Positions 1-12,540 of a stretch of DNA of 64,000 bases are shown here, piece after piece. The notes below the pieces were generated by a model, which worked only from the letters and a program-made list of their open reading frames with translations, was not told the DNA's origin and did no database searches. The translations under genes and the position numbers were made by a program. The number at the start of each line of letters is the position of its first letter. The stretch's first letter is position 1. This DNA comes from an uncultured Gemmatimonadales bacterium (GTDB taxonomy: Bacteria > Gemmatimonadota > Gemmatimonadetes > Longimicrobiales > RSA9). The stretch is from the NCBI GenBank assembly GCA_963708135.1, contig OY970192.1:672001-736000 (forward strand), given 5' to 3'.

Positions 1-2560
<2,560 letters not shown>

Positions 2561-2561
<1 letters not shown>

Positions 2562-4507
2562 CAGGCGCTCCCGCGGGCCGCCGCCGGCGCGGCGGTGCCG
2601 ACCGCGGCCCGGCGGCCGCTGGCGGCGACCCAGCCCTCGATGAGCAGCAGCAGGAGCAGGAGGGCCGCGAGCGGCCACCAGGTCTCGCGGCCGAGCCGGG
2701 CGCGGTAGATCGAGGCGCGCCAGGCGGCGGCGTCGTCGGCGGTGCGGATCGTCCAGCCCGGCAGCGCGTCGTCCACGCGCCCCGGCGGGAGCCGCGTCAG
2801 GTCGGACTCGGAAGGCGGCGGGTTGACGGCGAACGCACCCACCGCGCCGCCGTTCGACAGGATCCGGTAGATCCCCGCCAGCGGCGGCGCGGCGTACACC
2901 TCGCCGGGCTGCACGGCGTCGTGCGTGCCGTCGGGTCGCTCCACGGCATCCGCGGCGTCGGGGAGGGGGACGCGCTCCCCGGGCAGGAGCGCCACGGCGC
3001 CGCCACGCGCGGAGGCCCACAGCCCGGTCAGGTGGTCGAGCAGGGGCAGCATGGCCGAGCTGGTGGGGAGTGTGCTCGCCTCGGGATTGAAGGTCGAGGC
3101 GACGAGGATGTAGCGGCCGCCGCCGGGGCGGGCGCCGCGGACCGCCCAGGTGGCGCCATCGGCCAGGCGCAGCAGCACGGTGTCGCCGGAGGCGGGGCCC
3201 TCGTGCCGCAGGCCGTAGACCTGCTGGAGCCGGGCGTCGGAGAGCGCCCGGGACAGCTCGCCGCTGTCCGGCGACGGGGCGAAGCGGGCCTCGCCCGTCA
3301 GGGTCGGCGGATCGTAGCGCCACGGGATGCCCGCCGTGGCGAGGCGTCCGTTCAGCGCCGGCAGCTCCGTCGGCGCGGTGGGCGGCAGCACGACGACCGT
3401 CCCGCCGGAGGCGCCGCTCTCGATGCCCGCGCCGCCGGGGGCGATCAGGACGTCGGCGGCGCCTGAAGCGGCGCGATGGATCCGGCCGGCGTCCGCGAGC
3501 ACGGCGAGCGCGGCGTCGACGAAGGGGAGCGAGCCGGCCAGCGCCACCGCCGGCGGCGGCTCGACCCGGACGGCGAAGTAGCGGCGGTCGTCGGCGTGGA
3601 GCGCGTCGGCGTCGATCTCGATCCAGCCGGCCGCCAGCCCCGAATCGCGGGCCGGGAAGGGCAGCACGACGGACGCGCCGGCGGGCGCGATCGCCGCGCC
3701 CTGTACGCGTCCGTCGAGCACCAGCCGGACGCCGACGGAGTCCTTCCGCGTCCCCGTCACGGCGGCGCTGGCGGTGGAGCGCTGTCCGGCGCGCGGCGGC
3801 AGCCCGCCGCCGACCTCCGCATCGGCCACAGCGTCGTTCGGCGGGACCCGGCTGTCGCCCACCCAGAGCACGAGCGGCGGCGCGTCCTTCCCGGCGGGGA
3901 GCGGCGCCCCGAAGCCGGAGGCCTGCAGATCCGACAGCACCTCGATCTCCGGGGCGCGGTGGTCCGCACCGGCGGCGAGGAGCGTGCGGGCGCGGGCGAT
4001 CGCGGCCGGCAGATCGGCGGCGCCGGCCGTGGGCGCGGTGGCGCGGATGCGCGCGGCGGTCGCGGGCGCGTCGCCGGGGATCGCCGGCTCATCGGGCGCG
4101 CCCGCGCGTATCAGCCAGAAGCGGTCGTCCGGCCCGGCGGCGGCCACGGTCTGGAGCGCGCGGGCCTGGAGCACGTCCAGCACGCGGCGATCGCCCTCGA
4201 TGGCGGCGCTGCTCATCGAGTTGTCCAGCACGATGGCCACGGCCGTCGGCTCGTGACCGCTGCCGCCGATCGGCAGGAACGGCCGCGCGGCGGCGAGGGC
4301 GATGAGCAGGATCACGGCAAGGCGGAGCGCGAGCAGCAGCATCTGGCGCAGGCGGACGCGGCGCGCGCTCTCCCTCTCGGCGCGCCGCAGGTAGCGGACG
4401 GCGGGGAAGACCACGCGCGGTCCCTGGTGGCGCTGGAACAGGTGCAGGACCAGGGGAACGGCGACGGCGAGCCCGAGGAGCAGGAGCGCGGGGGAGAGGA
4501 AGCCCAT
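2561..4507 (-). CDS. BatA N-terminal / vWA domain membrane protein
   Basis: N-terminus MGFLSPALLLLGLAVAVPLVLHL...FPAVRYL is BatA-like; vWA MIDAS-like DNSMSS; C-terminal TM helix. Confidence 0.85.
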
Positions 4508-5440
4508 CTAGCCCAGACGCTCCCGCTTGTGGAGGTAGGCGCGCAGCGCGTGGACCATGGGACGGTCGGTCTCGAGGATGGTGTAGTCGATGCCCTGCGA
4601 GACGAGGGTGGTGCGCCATTCCTCGAGCGCCTCCTCGACGGCGCGGCGGTACTCCGTGCGCAGGTCGGCCACGCTCACCGGCAGCTCCTCGCCGGTCTCC
4701 GGGTCGACGAAGCGGGCGTCCCGGACCGCGGGCAGCTCGCGTTCGCCGGGATCCAGCAGGTGGAAGACGAGTACCTCGTGGCCGCGGTGGCGCAGGAAGC
4801 GCAGCGCGAGCCGCGTCGACTCGGGATCCACCAGCAGGTCGGAGAGGAGGACCACGAGCCCGCGCCGCGAGAGCCTGCCGGCGACGTCGCGCAGCGCGCT
4901 GCCGGCCTCCGTCCTGCCGCCGGCGCTGAGCGGCGCGATCGCCCGCACGAGGTCGTGCCACTGTCGACGCCCGCCGCGCGGCGAGACGTGCGCGCGCACC
5001 TGCTCGTCGAAGCCGATAACGCCGACCGCGTCGCCCTGGCGCAGGAGCATGAGCGCGAGGGAGGCCGCGAGCTGCTTGGCGTACCAGAGCTTGGGCGGAA
5101 GCGTCTCCTCGGCCGAGGTCCAGGCCATCGAGGCGCTGGTGTCCACCAGCAGGTAGGCGCGGAGGTTGGTCTCCTCCTCGAACTGCTTGATGTAATAGCG
5201 GTCGGAGCGGCCGTACATGCGCCAGTCCACGTAGCGCAGGTCATCGCCCGGCTGGTACATCCGGTGCTCCGCGAACTCCACCGAGAAGCCCCGGTGCGGC
5301 GAGCGGTGCAGCCCGGCGACGAAGCCCTCCACCACCTCGCGCGCGACGAACTCCAGCCCTCCCAGCGAGGCCAGCTCGCCCGGGCTCAGGAGGTCCGGCC
5401 GGCGGCCGCGAGCGATCACATCCGATGGCGTCACGTTCAT
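4508..5440 (-). CDS. DUF58 domain protein (MoxR-associated vWA)
   Basis: GLHRSPHRGFSVEFAEHRMYQPGDDLRYVDW and DTSASM motifs; start taken at ATG 5440. Confidence 0.92.
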   Translation of the reverse strand: MNVTPSDVIARGRRPDLLSPGELASLGGLEFVAREVVEGFVAGLHRSPHRGFSVEFAEHRMYQPGDDLRYVDWRMYGRSDRYYIKQFEEETNLRAYLLVDTSASMAWTSAEETLPPKLWYAKQLAASLALMLLRQGDAVGVIGFDEQVRAHVSPRGGRRQWHDLVRAIAPLSAGGRTEAGSALRDVAGRLSRRGLVVLLSDLLVDPESTRLALRFLRHRGHEVLVFHLLDPGERELPAVRDARFVDPETGEELPVSVADLRTEYRRAVEEALEEWRTTLVSQGIDYTILETDRPMVHALRAYLHKRERLG

Positions 5441-5455
5441 CTCTCGTCGCGCAGC

Positions 5456-5485
5456 AACGTAGGCCGACGCGCGGCCGGCAGTCAA
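5456..5485 (-). promoter_or_regulatory. Putative sigma70 promoter for the DUF58-BatA-mfd operon
   Basis: TTGACT-N18-TACGTT on the minus strand just upstream of ATG 5440. Confidence 0.35.
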
Positions 5486-5692
5486 ACCGTTTCACGGGCA
5501 GGCCCAGCAGGCACGGCCACGTACACGGGCACCGCCATCTACCCCGAAGCCGTGCCGCCGGTCGCGCGCGGATGGATCGGGGCGGTGGTGCCGGCGCGGC
5601 GCCCGCACTATGTTTCGCGCCGGCCCGGCCGGGGCGGCACCCCACGGGGCAAGCCCCGGGCCGCGACGTGAACCGCACCGAGGAGCGCGCCC

Positions 5693-5896
5693 GTGTCCTT
5701 CGTGAACAGCATCATCCTGCTCCTGTCCCTCGCCTGCGCGATCTGTCTGCCCTACTTCGTGGGCCACGGGCTCGCGCTCGGCGAATGGGGCTGGATCCTC
5801 ACGGGGATCGGCTTCGGCCTGCTCTCCGGCATCCTGATGTTCGCGCATTCGAAGATCGCCGCCCGCGGCGCACGCGAGGAGCGAACCTCGCACTGA
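5693..5896 (+). CDS. Small two-TM membrane protein
   Basis: GAGGAG RBS before GTG; two hydrophobic segments; host-like codon usage. Confidence 0.7.
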   Translation: MSFVNSIILLLSLACAICLPYFVGHGLALGEWGWILTGIGFGLLSGILMFAHSKIAARGAREERTSH

Positions 5897-5959
5897 GGCG
5901 GGGCAGCCCGTCCCGTTCGACCCACACGTGGCCGTGCCCGTTCTCCTGCCTCCCTCCGA

Positions 5960-5989
5960 TTGATTCGCCCCTGCTCCCGCCGTTATCTT
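5960..5989 (+). promoter_or_regulatory. Putative sigma70 promoter of the lepA operon
   Basis: TTGATT-N18-TATCTT about 55 nt upstream of the lepA start. Confidence 0.4.
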
Positions 5990-6043
5990 GAAGGGTTCCG
6001 GCGCAACCACACAAACGCATGAAAAATCAGGGACTTCAACGGC

Positions 6044-7846
6044 GTGAACATCGAGCGGATCCGTAACTTTTGCATCGTGGCGCACATCGATCACGGCAAG
6101 TCCACGCTGGCCGACCGGCTGCTCGAGCGGACGGGCACGCTGACGCAGCGGCAGATGGAGGCGCAGGTGCTGGACAGCCTCGATCTCGAGCGGGAGCGCG
6201 GCATCACCATCAAGCTGCACGCGGTGCGCATGGCGTACGGCGGGGCGGACGGCGAGCTCTACCAGCTGAACCTGATCGACACGCCGGGGCACGTGGACTT
6301 CACGTACGAGGTGTCGCGCTCGCTGGTGGCGTGCGAGGGGGCGGTGCTGGTGGTCGATGCGAGCCAGGGCGTCCAGGCGCAGACGCTCTCGAACCTGTTC
6401 CTGGCGATGGACGCGGGGCTGGAGATCATCCCGGTTCTGAACAAGATCGACCTGCCGGGCGCGGAGCCGGAGCGGCGGCGCGAGGAGCTCTCGGAGCTGC
6501 TCGGCGTGGAGCCGGAGGACGTGCTGGCGGTCTCGGCCAAGGAGGGGGTCGGTGTCGATGCGCTGCTGGAACGGATCGTCCGCCTGGTGCCGCCGCCGAA
6601 GGGCGACCGCGACGCGCCGCTGCGCGCGCTCATCTTCGATTCCTACTACGACCGCTACCAGGGCGGGGTGCCGATGATCCGCGTGTTCGACGGCACGGTC
6701 GAGCCGGGCATGCGGATCACCTTCGGCGCGAGCGACGCGGCTTACGTGGTGGACGAGGTCGGCTTCATGCGCCTGGGGCGCTTTCCGCAGGACGCGCTGG
6801 AGCCGGGCGAGGTCGGTTATCTGCTGGCGGGCATCAAGCGGGTGGGCGACACCAAGGTGGGCGACACCATCCTGGACGCGGACGATCGTGCCACGGAGCT
6901 GCTGCCGGGCTACCGCGAGATCAAGCCGATGGTGTTCAGCGGACTCTACCCCTCGGACTCCGACCGGTACGAGGAGCTGCGCGACGCGCTGGAGAAGCTG
7001 AAGCTGAACGACGCGTCGCTCTTCTACGAGCCCGAGACGTCCACGGCGCTGGGCTTCGGCTTCCGCTGCGGCTTTCTCGGGCTGCTGCACATGGAGATCG
7101 TACAGGAGCGCCTGGAACGCGAGTTCGGCCTCGACCTGGTCACCACGGTGCCGAACGTGGAGTACGACGTGGTGCTCACGGATGGCACTACGGTGGAGAT
7201 CGAGAATCCCAGCGCGATGCCGGACCGTTCGCGCATCGATCGCATCGAGGAGCCCTACGTCCGGGCGCGCATCCTCTGTCCGGCGGACTACATCGGCAAC
7301 GTCCAGAAGCTGTGCCACGAGCGGCGCGGCGAGTTCGAGGAGATGCACTACCTCGACCCGACGCGCGTGGAGTTCGTCTACGCCATGCCGCTGGCGGAGA
7401 TCGTGCTCGACTTCTACGACAGGCTGAAGGGCTCGACGCGCGGCTACGCGTCGCTGGACTGGGAGTTCCTCGAGTACCGGCCGAACGACCTGGTCAAGCT
7501 CGACATGATGATCAACGGCGACCCGGTGGATGCCTTCAGCGTGGTGATCCATCGCGACAAGGCGTTCGAGTACGGCCGGGCCGTGGCCGAGAAGCTGCGC
7601 GAGCTGATCCCGCGTCAGCTCTTCGAGGTGGCGATCCAGGCCTCGATCGGCGGCCGCATCATCGCGCGCGAGAGCATCCGGGCGCTGCGCAAGAACGTCA
7701 CGGCCAAGTGCTACGGCGGCGACATCACCCGCAAGCGCAAGCTCCTCGAGAAGCAGCGCGAGGGGAAGCGGCGCATGAAGCAGGTCGGCACCGTGGAGAT
7801 CCCGCAGGAGGCCTTCCTGGCGGTGCTGCAGGTGGGGAGCGGGTGA
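6044..7846 (+). CDS. lepA: Translation elongation factor 4
   Basis: [31 protein letters not shown]-terminal [18 protein letters not shown]. Confidence 0.99.
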   Translation: MNIERIRNFCIVAHIDHGKSTLADRLLERTGTLTQRQMEAQVLDSLDLERERGITIKLHAVRMAYGGADGELYQLNLIDTPGHVDFTYEVSRSLVACEGAVLVVDASQGVQAQTLSNLFLAMDAGLEIIPVLNKIDLPGAEPERRREELSELLGVEPEDVLAVSAKEGVGVDALLERIVRLVPPPKGDRDAPLRALIFDSYYDRYQGGVPMIRVFDGTVEPGMRITFGASDAAYVVDEVGFMRLGRFPQDALEPGEVGYLLAGIKRVGDTKVGDTILDADDRATELLPGYREIKPMVFSGLYPSDSDRYEELRDALEKLKLNDASLFYEPETSTALGFGFRCGFLGLLHMEIVQERLEREFGLDLVTTVPNVEYDVVLTDGTTVEIENPSAMPDRSRIDRIEEPYVRARILCPADYIGNVQKLCHERRGEFEEMHYLDPTRVEFVYAMPLAEIVLDFYDRLKGSTRGYASLDWEFLEYRPNDLVKLDMMINGDPVDAFSVVIHRDKAFEYGRAVAEKLRELIPRQLFEVAIQASIGGRIIARESIRALRKNVTAKCYGGDITRKRKLLEKQREGKRRMKQVGTVEIPQEAFLAVLQVGSG

Positions 7847-7886
7847 GCGGGGGGCGAAGCGATTCGTTCGACGACGCGAGGCGCTC

Positions 7887-8966
7887 GTGCCGCCTCTGAT
7901 CGTGCGCGCCCCGAACCATCTCGGCGACGTCGTGATGGCGCTGCCGGCGCTGCGCGCGGCGAGCGGCCCGGCCCGGGATGCCACGAATGCGGAGGGGGCT
8001 GCGGACGTCGCCGGCGCGGGCGGGCGGGGGGCGCACGAGCCCGCCGACATCCTCGTCGTGCGTGGGCTCGTGCCGATCCTCGAGATGGCGGGGCTGCCCG
8101 GCCGGATCCTGCCGTTCGACCGGGGCGCGGCCGGTCTCGTGCGGGCCGCCGGGGCGCTCCGCCGCGGGCCCTATCGGCGCGGGATCCTGCTCACGCCCTC
8201 CTTCTCCTCGGCGCTGGTCTTCCTTCTGGGCGGAGTCCGCGAACGTCGCGGCACGGCGACGGACGGCAGATCCATGCTCCTGACCGAACGGATCCCGCGG
8301 GCGCGCATCGACGCCCTCCACCGGGCGGCGGCGTACCTCCTTCTGGCCGGCGACGAGGCGGCGGCGGAACCGCCGGCGCCGCGGCTCCCGGTGCCGCAGG
8401 CGGAGCGGGCGCGCTGGCGTTCCTTCGTGGGAGGCTCCTCGTCCGGTGGCCCGACGATCGGTATCTTCCCCGGGAGCAACGCGGCCTCGCGGCGGTGGGA
8501 CACAGGGCGCTACCGGGCGCTGGCCGCGCGGCTCGCGGCGGACGGCGCGCGGGTGGTGGTCTTCGGCGGGCCGGGCGAGCGGCGGCTCACGGCGGAGGTC
8601 GCGGGGGACGTCGCCTTCGATGCGGGCGGCCGGACGGACCTGCGGCAGCTGGCGGCGGGACTGGCGGAGTGCGCGCTTCTCGTGACGAACGACAGCGGGC
8701 CGATGCACCTGGCCGCAGCGGTGGGGACGAGGACGGTGTCGCTGCAGGGGGCGTCGGACCCGGCGGTGACGCGCCCGCTCGGTGCCGCGCACGTGCTGCT
8801 GCAGCACGCGGAGCTCTCGTGCGTGCCGTGCGTTCGCAACGTCTGTCCGCGGCGCGGGGCGGGGACGTTCCTTCCGGAAGCCGAGCGCGAATGCCTGCGG
8901 CTGATCACGGTGGACGAGGTGCACGGCGCGGTGGTCCGGAGCGTGGACGCCGCCGTGCCCGACTGA
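7887..8966 (+). CDS. waaF: GT9 lipopolysaccharide heptosyltransferase II-like
   Basis: RAPNHLGDVVMALP; LVTNDSGPMHLAAAVG; C-terminal CxPC..C..C. Confidence 0.8.
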   Translation: MPPLIVRAPNHLGDVVMALPALRAASGPARDATNAEGAADVAGAGGRGAHEPADILVVRGLVPILEMAGLPGRILPFDRGAAGLVRAAGALRRGPYRRGILLTPSFSSALVFLLGGVRERRGTATDGRSMLLTERIPRARIDALHRAAAYLLLAGDEAAAEPPAPRLPVPQAERARWRSFVGGSSSGGPTIGIFPGSNAASRRWDTGRYRALAARLAADGARVVVFGGPGERRLTAEVAGDVAFDAGGRTDLRQLAAGLAECALLVTNDSGPMHLAAAVGTRTVSLQGASDPAVTRPLGAAHVLLQHAELSCVPCVRNVCPRRGAGTFLPEAERECLRLITVDEVHGAVVRSVDAAVPD

Positions 8967-8979
8967 GGAGACGGACGGG

Positions 8980-9987
8980 ATGACAGCGGGCGTGGACAAG
9001 AAGTGGATGGTGGGCGTCGACCTCGGCGGCACGAACATCGTGGTCGGCGTGCTGCCGATGGATGGCGGGGACGGCGAGCTGCTGGGGTTGCGGGCGCTGC
9101 CGACGGAGGCGACGCGCGGCGCCAAGTTCGTGGTGGACCGGATCGCGGCAATGATCGACGAGTCGATCGTCGAGGTCACGGAGCGCTTCGGCGGGGCCCG
9201 CGAGGACGTCGCGGGGGTGGGCATCGGCTCGCCGGGGCCGCTCGACCGGCGGAGCGGCACGGTCATCAACACGCCCAACCTGGGGTGGCGGAACTTCCCG
9301 CTGCGCGACCTGATCTCGAACGCCGTCGGGCTGCCGGCCGTGCTGGACAACGACGCCAACTGCGCGACGTACGGTGAGTGGTGGCTGGGGGCCGGCCGCA
9401 ACGTGGACACCTTGGTCGGGCTCACGCTGGGCACGGGGATCGGCGGCGGCATCGTGCTGGACGGCGAGATCTTCCACGGCGTGAGCGACGCGGCGGGCGA
9501 GATCGGCCACATGACCATCGACTCGACGGGTCGCAAGTGCAAGTGCGGCAACTACGGCTGCCTGGAGGCGTACGCGTCCGGGCCCGCCATCGCGCTGCGG
9601 GCGGTGGAGGGCCTCGAGGCGGGGACGGAATCGGTGCTGCCGGAGCTGGTGGGCGGGCGGCTGGAGGAGGTCACCGCCGCCACGGTCTACGAGGCGGTGG
9701 TGCTCGGCGATCCGTACGCCAACGAGGTCATGAAGGAGACGGCCAAGTTCCTGGGCGCCGGCGTCGCGAACATCATCAACATGCTGAACCCGGAGATGGT
9801 GGTGATCGCGGGCGGCGTCACGCGCGCGGGAGACCACCTCTTCATGCCGCTGCGGGCGGAGGTGCGGCGGCGGGCGTTCCGGAGCGCGGAGCAGGCGTGC
9901 CAGATCGTTTCCGCACAGCTGCAGGGCACGGCGGGGGTGATCGGCGCGGCGGCGGTGTTCAAGAAGGACACGTACGGCACCGTTTGA
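8980..9987 (+). CDS. ROK family sugar kinase (glucokinase)
   Basis: GVDLGGT, DNDAN, GTGIGGG, GEIGH and CxCGNxGCLE motifs. Confidence 0.93.
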   Translation: MTAGVDKKWMVGVDLGGTNIVVGVLPMDGGDGELLGLRALPTEATRGAKFVVDRIAAMIDESIVEVTERFGGAREDVAGVGIGSPGPLDRRSGTVINTPNLGWRNFPLRDLISNAVGLPAVLDNDANCATYGEWWLGAGRNVDTLVGLTLGTGIGGGIVLDGEIFHGVSDAAGEIGHMTIDSTGRKCKCGNYGCLEAYASGPAIALRAVEGLEAGTESVLPELVGGRLEEVTAATVYEAVVLGDPYANEVMKETAKFLGAGVANIINMLNPEMVVIAGGVTRAGDHLFMPLRAEVRRRAFRSAEQACQIVSAQLQGTAGVIGAAAVFKKDTYGTV

Positions 9988-9989
9988 GG

Positions 9990-11024
9990 ATGCGCCCGAA
10001 CGAGAGCCTGGCTCCGCCCGACGCGCGGGCGCGGCGTCCGAAGCGGCTGGGGGTGCTCGGCACGATGGTGTGGGACCGCATCTACGCGCGCGACGTGCGT
10101 CTCGAGCCGGTCGAGGAGTGGGGCGGGATCGCCTACGCGCTGGCGGCGCTGGCGGCGGCCCGGCCGCAGGGCTGGGATCTCGTGCCGCTGGTGCGGATCG
10201 GGCAGGACCTCGAGGCCTCCGCGCGGCGCTTCCTGACCGGGCTGCCGGGCTTCGACGTGACGCCCGGCGTGCGCGCCGTGCCGGAGCCGAACAACCGGGT
10301 CGAGCTGCGCTACCAGGATCGCGAGCGGCGCAGTGAGCGGCTGACGGGCGGTGTCGGGCCGTGGGGCTGGGCGGAGCTCGAGCCGCTCCTCGGCGCGCTC
10401 GACGCCCTCTACATCAACTTCATCTCCGGGTTCGAGCTCGAGCTCGAGACCGCGCAGCGGCTGAGGGTGGCCTTCGGCGGCCCGATCTACGCGGATCTGC
10501 ACTCGCTCCTGCTGGGCGTCGGCCCGGGCGGACAGCGGGTGCCGCGACCGCTGGGGGCGTGGCGCGAGTGGCTGCGCTGCTTCGATGTCGTGCAGGTGAA
10601 CGAGGACGAGCTGGCCTCGCTGGCGCACGCGTGGGGCGACCCGTGGCGCTTCGCCGCCGAGGTGGTCGGTCCGGAGCTCAAGCTGCTGCTCGTGACGCTC
10701 GGCTCGCGCGGGGCCGCCTACGTGGCCTCGCCCACGTTCCGGCCGGACCCGCTGTCGTGGCGGGATCCCGGGCTCGTCCGGCCCGGCCCGATCGTGACGA
10801 CGGGCCCGGCGCGCACGGAGCACGTGGCTGTGGCCGTCGAGCCGGAGGAAGGCGACCCCACGGGGTGCGGCGACGTCTGGGGCGCGACGTTTTTCGCGCG
10901 CTTCCTCACCGGAGCGCCGCTGGAGGCGGCGATCGCGGCGGCCAACGGCGCGGCGGCGCGCAACGTGAGGCACCGTGGCGCGACCGGGCTGCACCTCTTC
11001 CTGCAGGGAAAGATCGGATCATGA
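9990..11024 (+). CDS. PfkB-family carbohydrate kinase
   Basis: WGGIAY, VQVNEDE, VTLGSRG and the anion-hole motif DPTGCGD. Confidence 0.85.
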   Translation: MRPNESLAPPDARARRPKRLGVLGTMVWDRIYARDVRLEPVEEWGGIAYALAALAAARPQGWDLVPLVRIGQDLEASARRFLTGLPGFDVTPGVRAVPEPNNRVELRYQDRERRSERLTGGVGPWGWAELEPLLGALDALYINFISGFELELETAQRLRVAFGGPIYADLHSLLLGVGPGGQRVPRPLGAWREWLRCFDVVQVNEDELASLAHAWGDPWRFAAEVVGPELKLLLVTLGSRGAAYVASPTFRPDPLSWRDPGLVRPGPIVTTGPARTEHVAVAVEPEEGDPTGCGDVWGATFFARFLTGAPLEAAIAAANGAAARNVRHRGATGLHLFLQGKIGS

Positions 11025-11908
11025 AGCTGGTGGTGGTGCCGGCATCGCTCGAGGAGCGGACCTTCGACTCGCTCGTGCAGGAGCTCGGGCAGGGCGCCGA
11101 GGAGCGCGCGCTCTTCGACGCGCGGCGGGTGCGCTGGGTGGATCCGTACGGCATGCTCGGGCTGCTGGCCGCGGGCGAGGTCTCGGCGCGACAGGGGGAG
11201 CGGCCGCTGCTCCAGCTGCCCGAGGCCACCGACGTGATGAGCTACCTCGGCCGCATGGGCTTCATCGAGCAGGCAACGCGCATCTTCGAGATGCACGGCG
11301 GCGGCCGGCGCGCGGCGGAGCCGCCCTCCGACGTGCTGCTCGAGATCACGCCGATCGACTCGCACGGCGATGTGCACTCCGTGGTGGACCGCGTGCAGGA
11401 GAGGGCCGGGCTGATCCTCTCGCGCCAGCTGCGCTATCCGGTGAGCTCCGTCGTGCAGTTCAGCGTGATCCTCTCCGAGGTGTGCCAGAACATCCTGGAG
11501 CACGCGGAGTCGGGCGGCTGGGTGGCCGCGCAGACCTACAGCTGGCGCCAGCGCCTGGGGCGCAAGGTGGCCGTCATCGCCGTCATGGACCTGGGCATTG
11601 GCTTCAGGGGGTCGCTGGCCAGCGCGCAGGCCGCCCGCTACGGCGACCGCTGGAGCGACGCGACGGCGCTCGAGGCGGCGTTCCTGCACGGCATCACGCG
11701 CTTCCACGACCCCGGCCGCGGGCAGGGGCTCCAGCAGATCCGGAAGCAGGTCGGCAAGCTGGGCGGCAAGATCTCGATCCGCAGCGGCACGGCCCAGATC
11801 GCCGATGTGCCCGGCTGGGACGATGCGCCGCCGCTGCAGGAGCGGCTGCCGGCGTTCCCCGGCTCGCAGATCTGCATCGTGCTGCCGGCGCGCGAGGAGG
11901 AGTCGTGA
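11021..11908 (+). CDS. STAS-like + HATPase_c protein (RsbW/SpoIIAB-like Ser kinase fold)
   Basis: N-terminal FDARRVRWVDPYG (STAS-like); N-box EVCQNILEHA, G1 DLGIGF, G2 GRGQGL; ATGA overlap with the PfkB gene. Confidence 0.8.
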   Translation: MKLVVVPASLEERTFDSLVQELGQGAEERALFDARRVRWVDPYGMLGLLAAGEVSARQGERPLLQLPEATDVMSYLGRMGFIEQATRIFEMHGGGRRAAEPPSDVLLEITPIDSHGDVHSVVDRVQERAGLILSRQLRYPVSSVVQFSVILSEVCQNILEHAESGGWVAAQTYSWRQRLGRKVAVIAVMDLGIGFRGSLASAQAARYGDRWSDATALEAAFLHGITRFHDPGRGQGLQQIRKQVGKLGGKISIRSGTAQIADVPGWDDAPPLQERLPAFPGSQICIVLPAREEES

Positions 11909-12504
11909 GCGACACGCCGCGGCCCGTCCCGCTGCGCTTCGACCTCTCGTCGCTCGCGCCGTGCTCCGTGGCGACGCTCTACTCTCACCTCGTGACCCGC
12001 CCGACCGGGCGCGCGCTGCGGCTCGGCATCGAGAGCCAGCTCGGCGAGCTCGGCGCGCTCTGCCTCTCGGTCCTCGACTTCAGCCAGGTCGTGGTCCTCG
12101 ACTACAGCTGCGCCGACGAGGCCGTGGCCAAGCTGATCCAGCGCTTTCTCGGCGAGGACCGGCCCTCGGACGTCTACTTCGTGGCGCGCGGCGTGGCGGA
12201 GCGGCACCGTGAGCCGATCGACGAGGTGCTGCGGCGGCACGGGCTCGCGCTCGTGGCGGAGTGGGCGGAGGGCGGGACCGGGCTGCTGGGCGAGCTGTCG
12301 GCGCTGGAGCAGGCGGCGTGGGAGGCGCTGGAGCGCCTGCGGCGGGGCATGCCCGGCGACGTCGCCGCGCAGCTGCCGGCGCCCCTCGACGCCGTGAGCG
12401 CCGCCCTGGCCTCGCTCGCCGGACGGCGGGTGGTGGCCGGTGGAGCGCGGGGGGGCGCGTACCACGCGCTGACATCGATCCTGGCGGCCGCGCCCGGGGC
12501 ATAG
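11905..12504 (+). CDS. STAS-like (DUF4325-like) protein with possible C-terminal winged helix
   Basis: GTGA overlap; LVTRPTG...LDFSQVVVLDYSCADE; C-terminal helix-turn-helix-like segment. Confidence 0.7.
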   Translation: MSDTPRPVPLRFDLSSLAPCSVATLYSHLVTRPTGRALRLGIESQLGELGALCLSVLDFSQVVVLDYSCADEAVAKLIQRFLGEDRPSDVYFVARGVAERHREPIDEVLRRHGLALVAEWAEGGTGLLGELSALEQAAWEALERLRRGMPGDVAAQLPAPLDAVSAALASLAGRRVVAGGARGGAYHALTSILAAAPGA

Positions 12505-12540
12505 GCGCCGGGGCCGCCGGTCCGGTGGCTGCGCCGCGGA

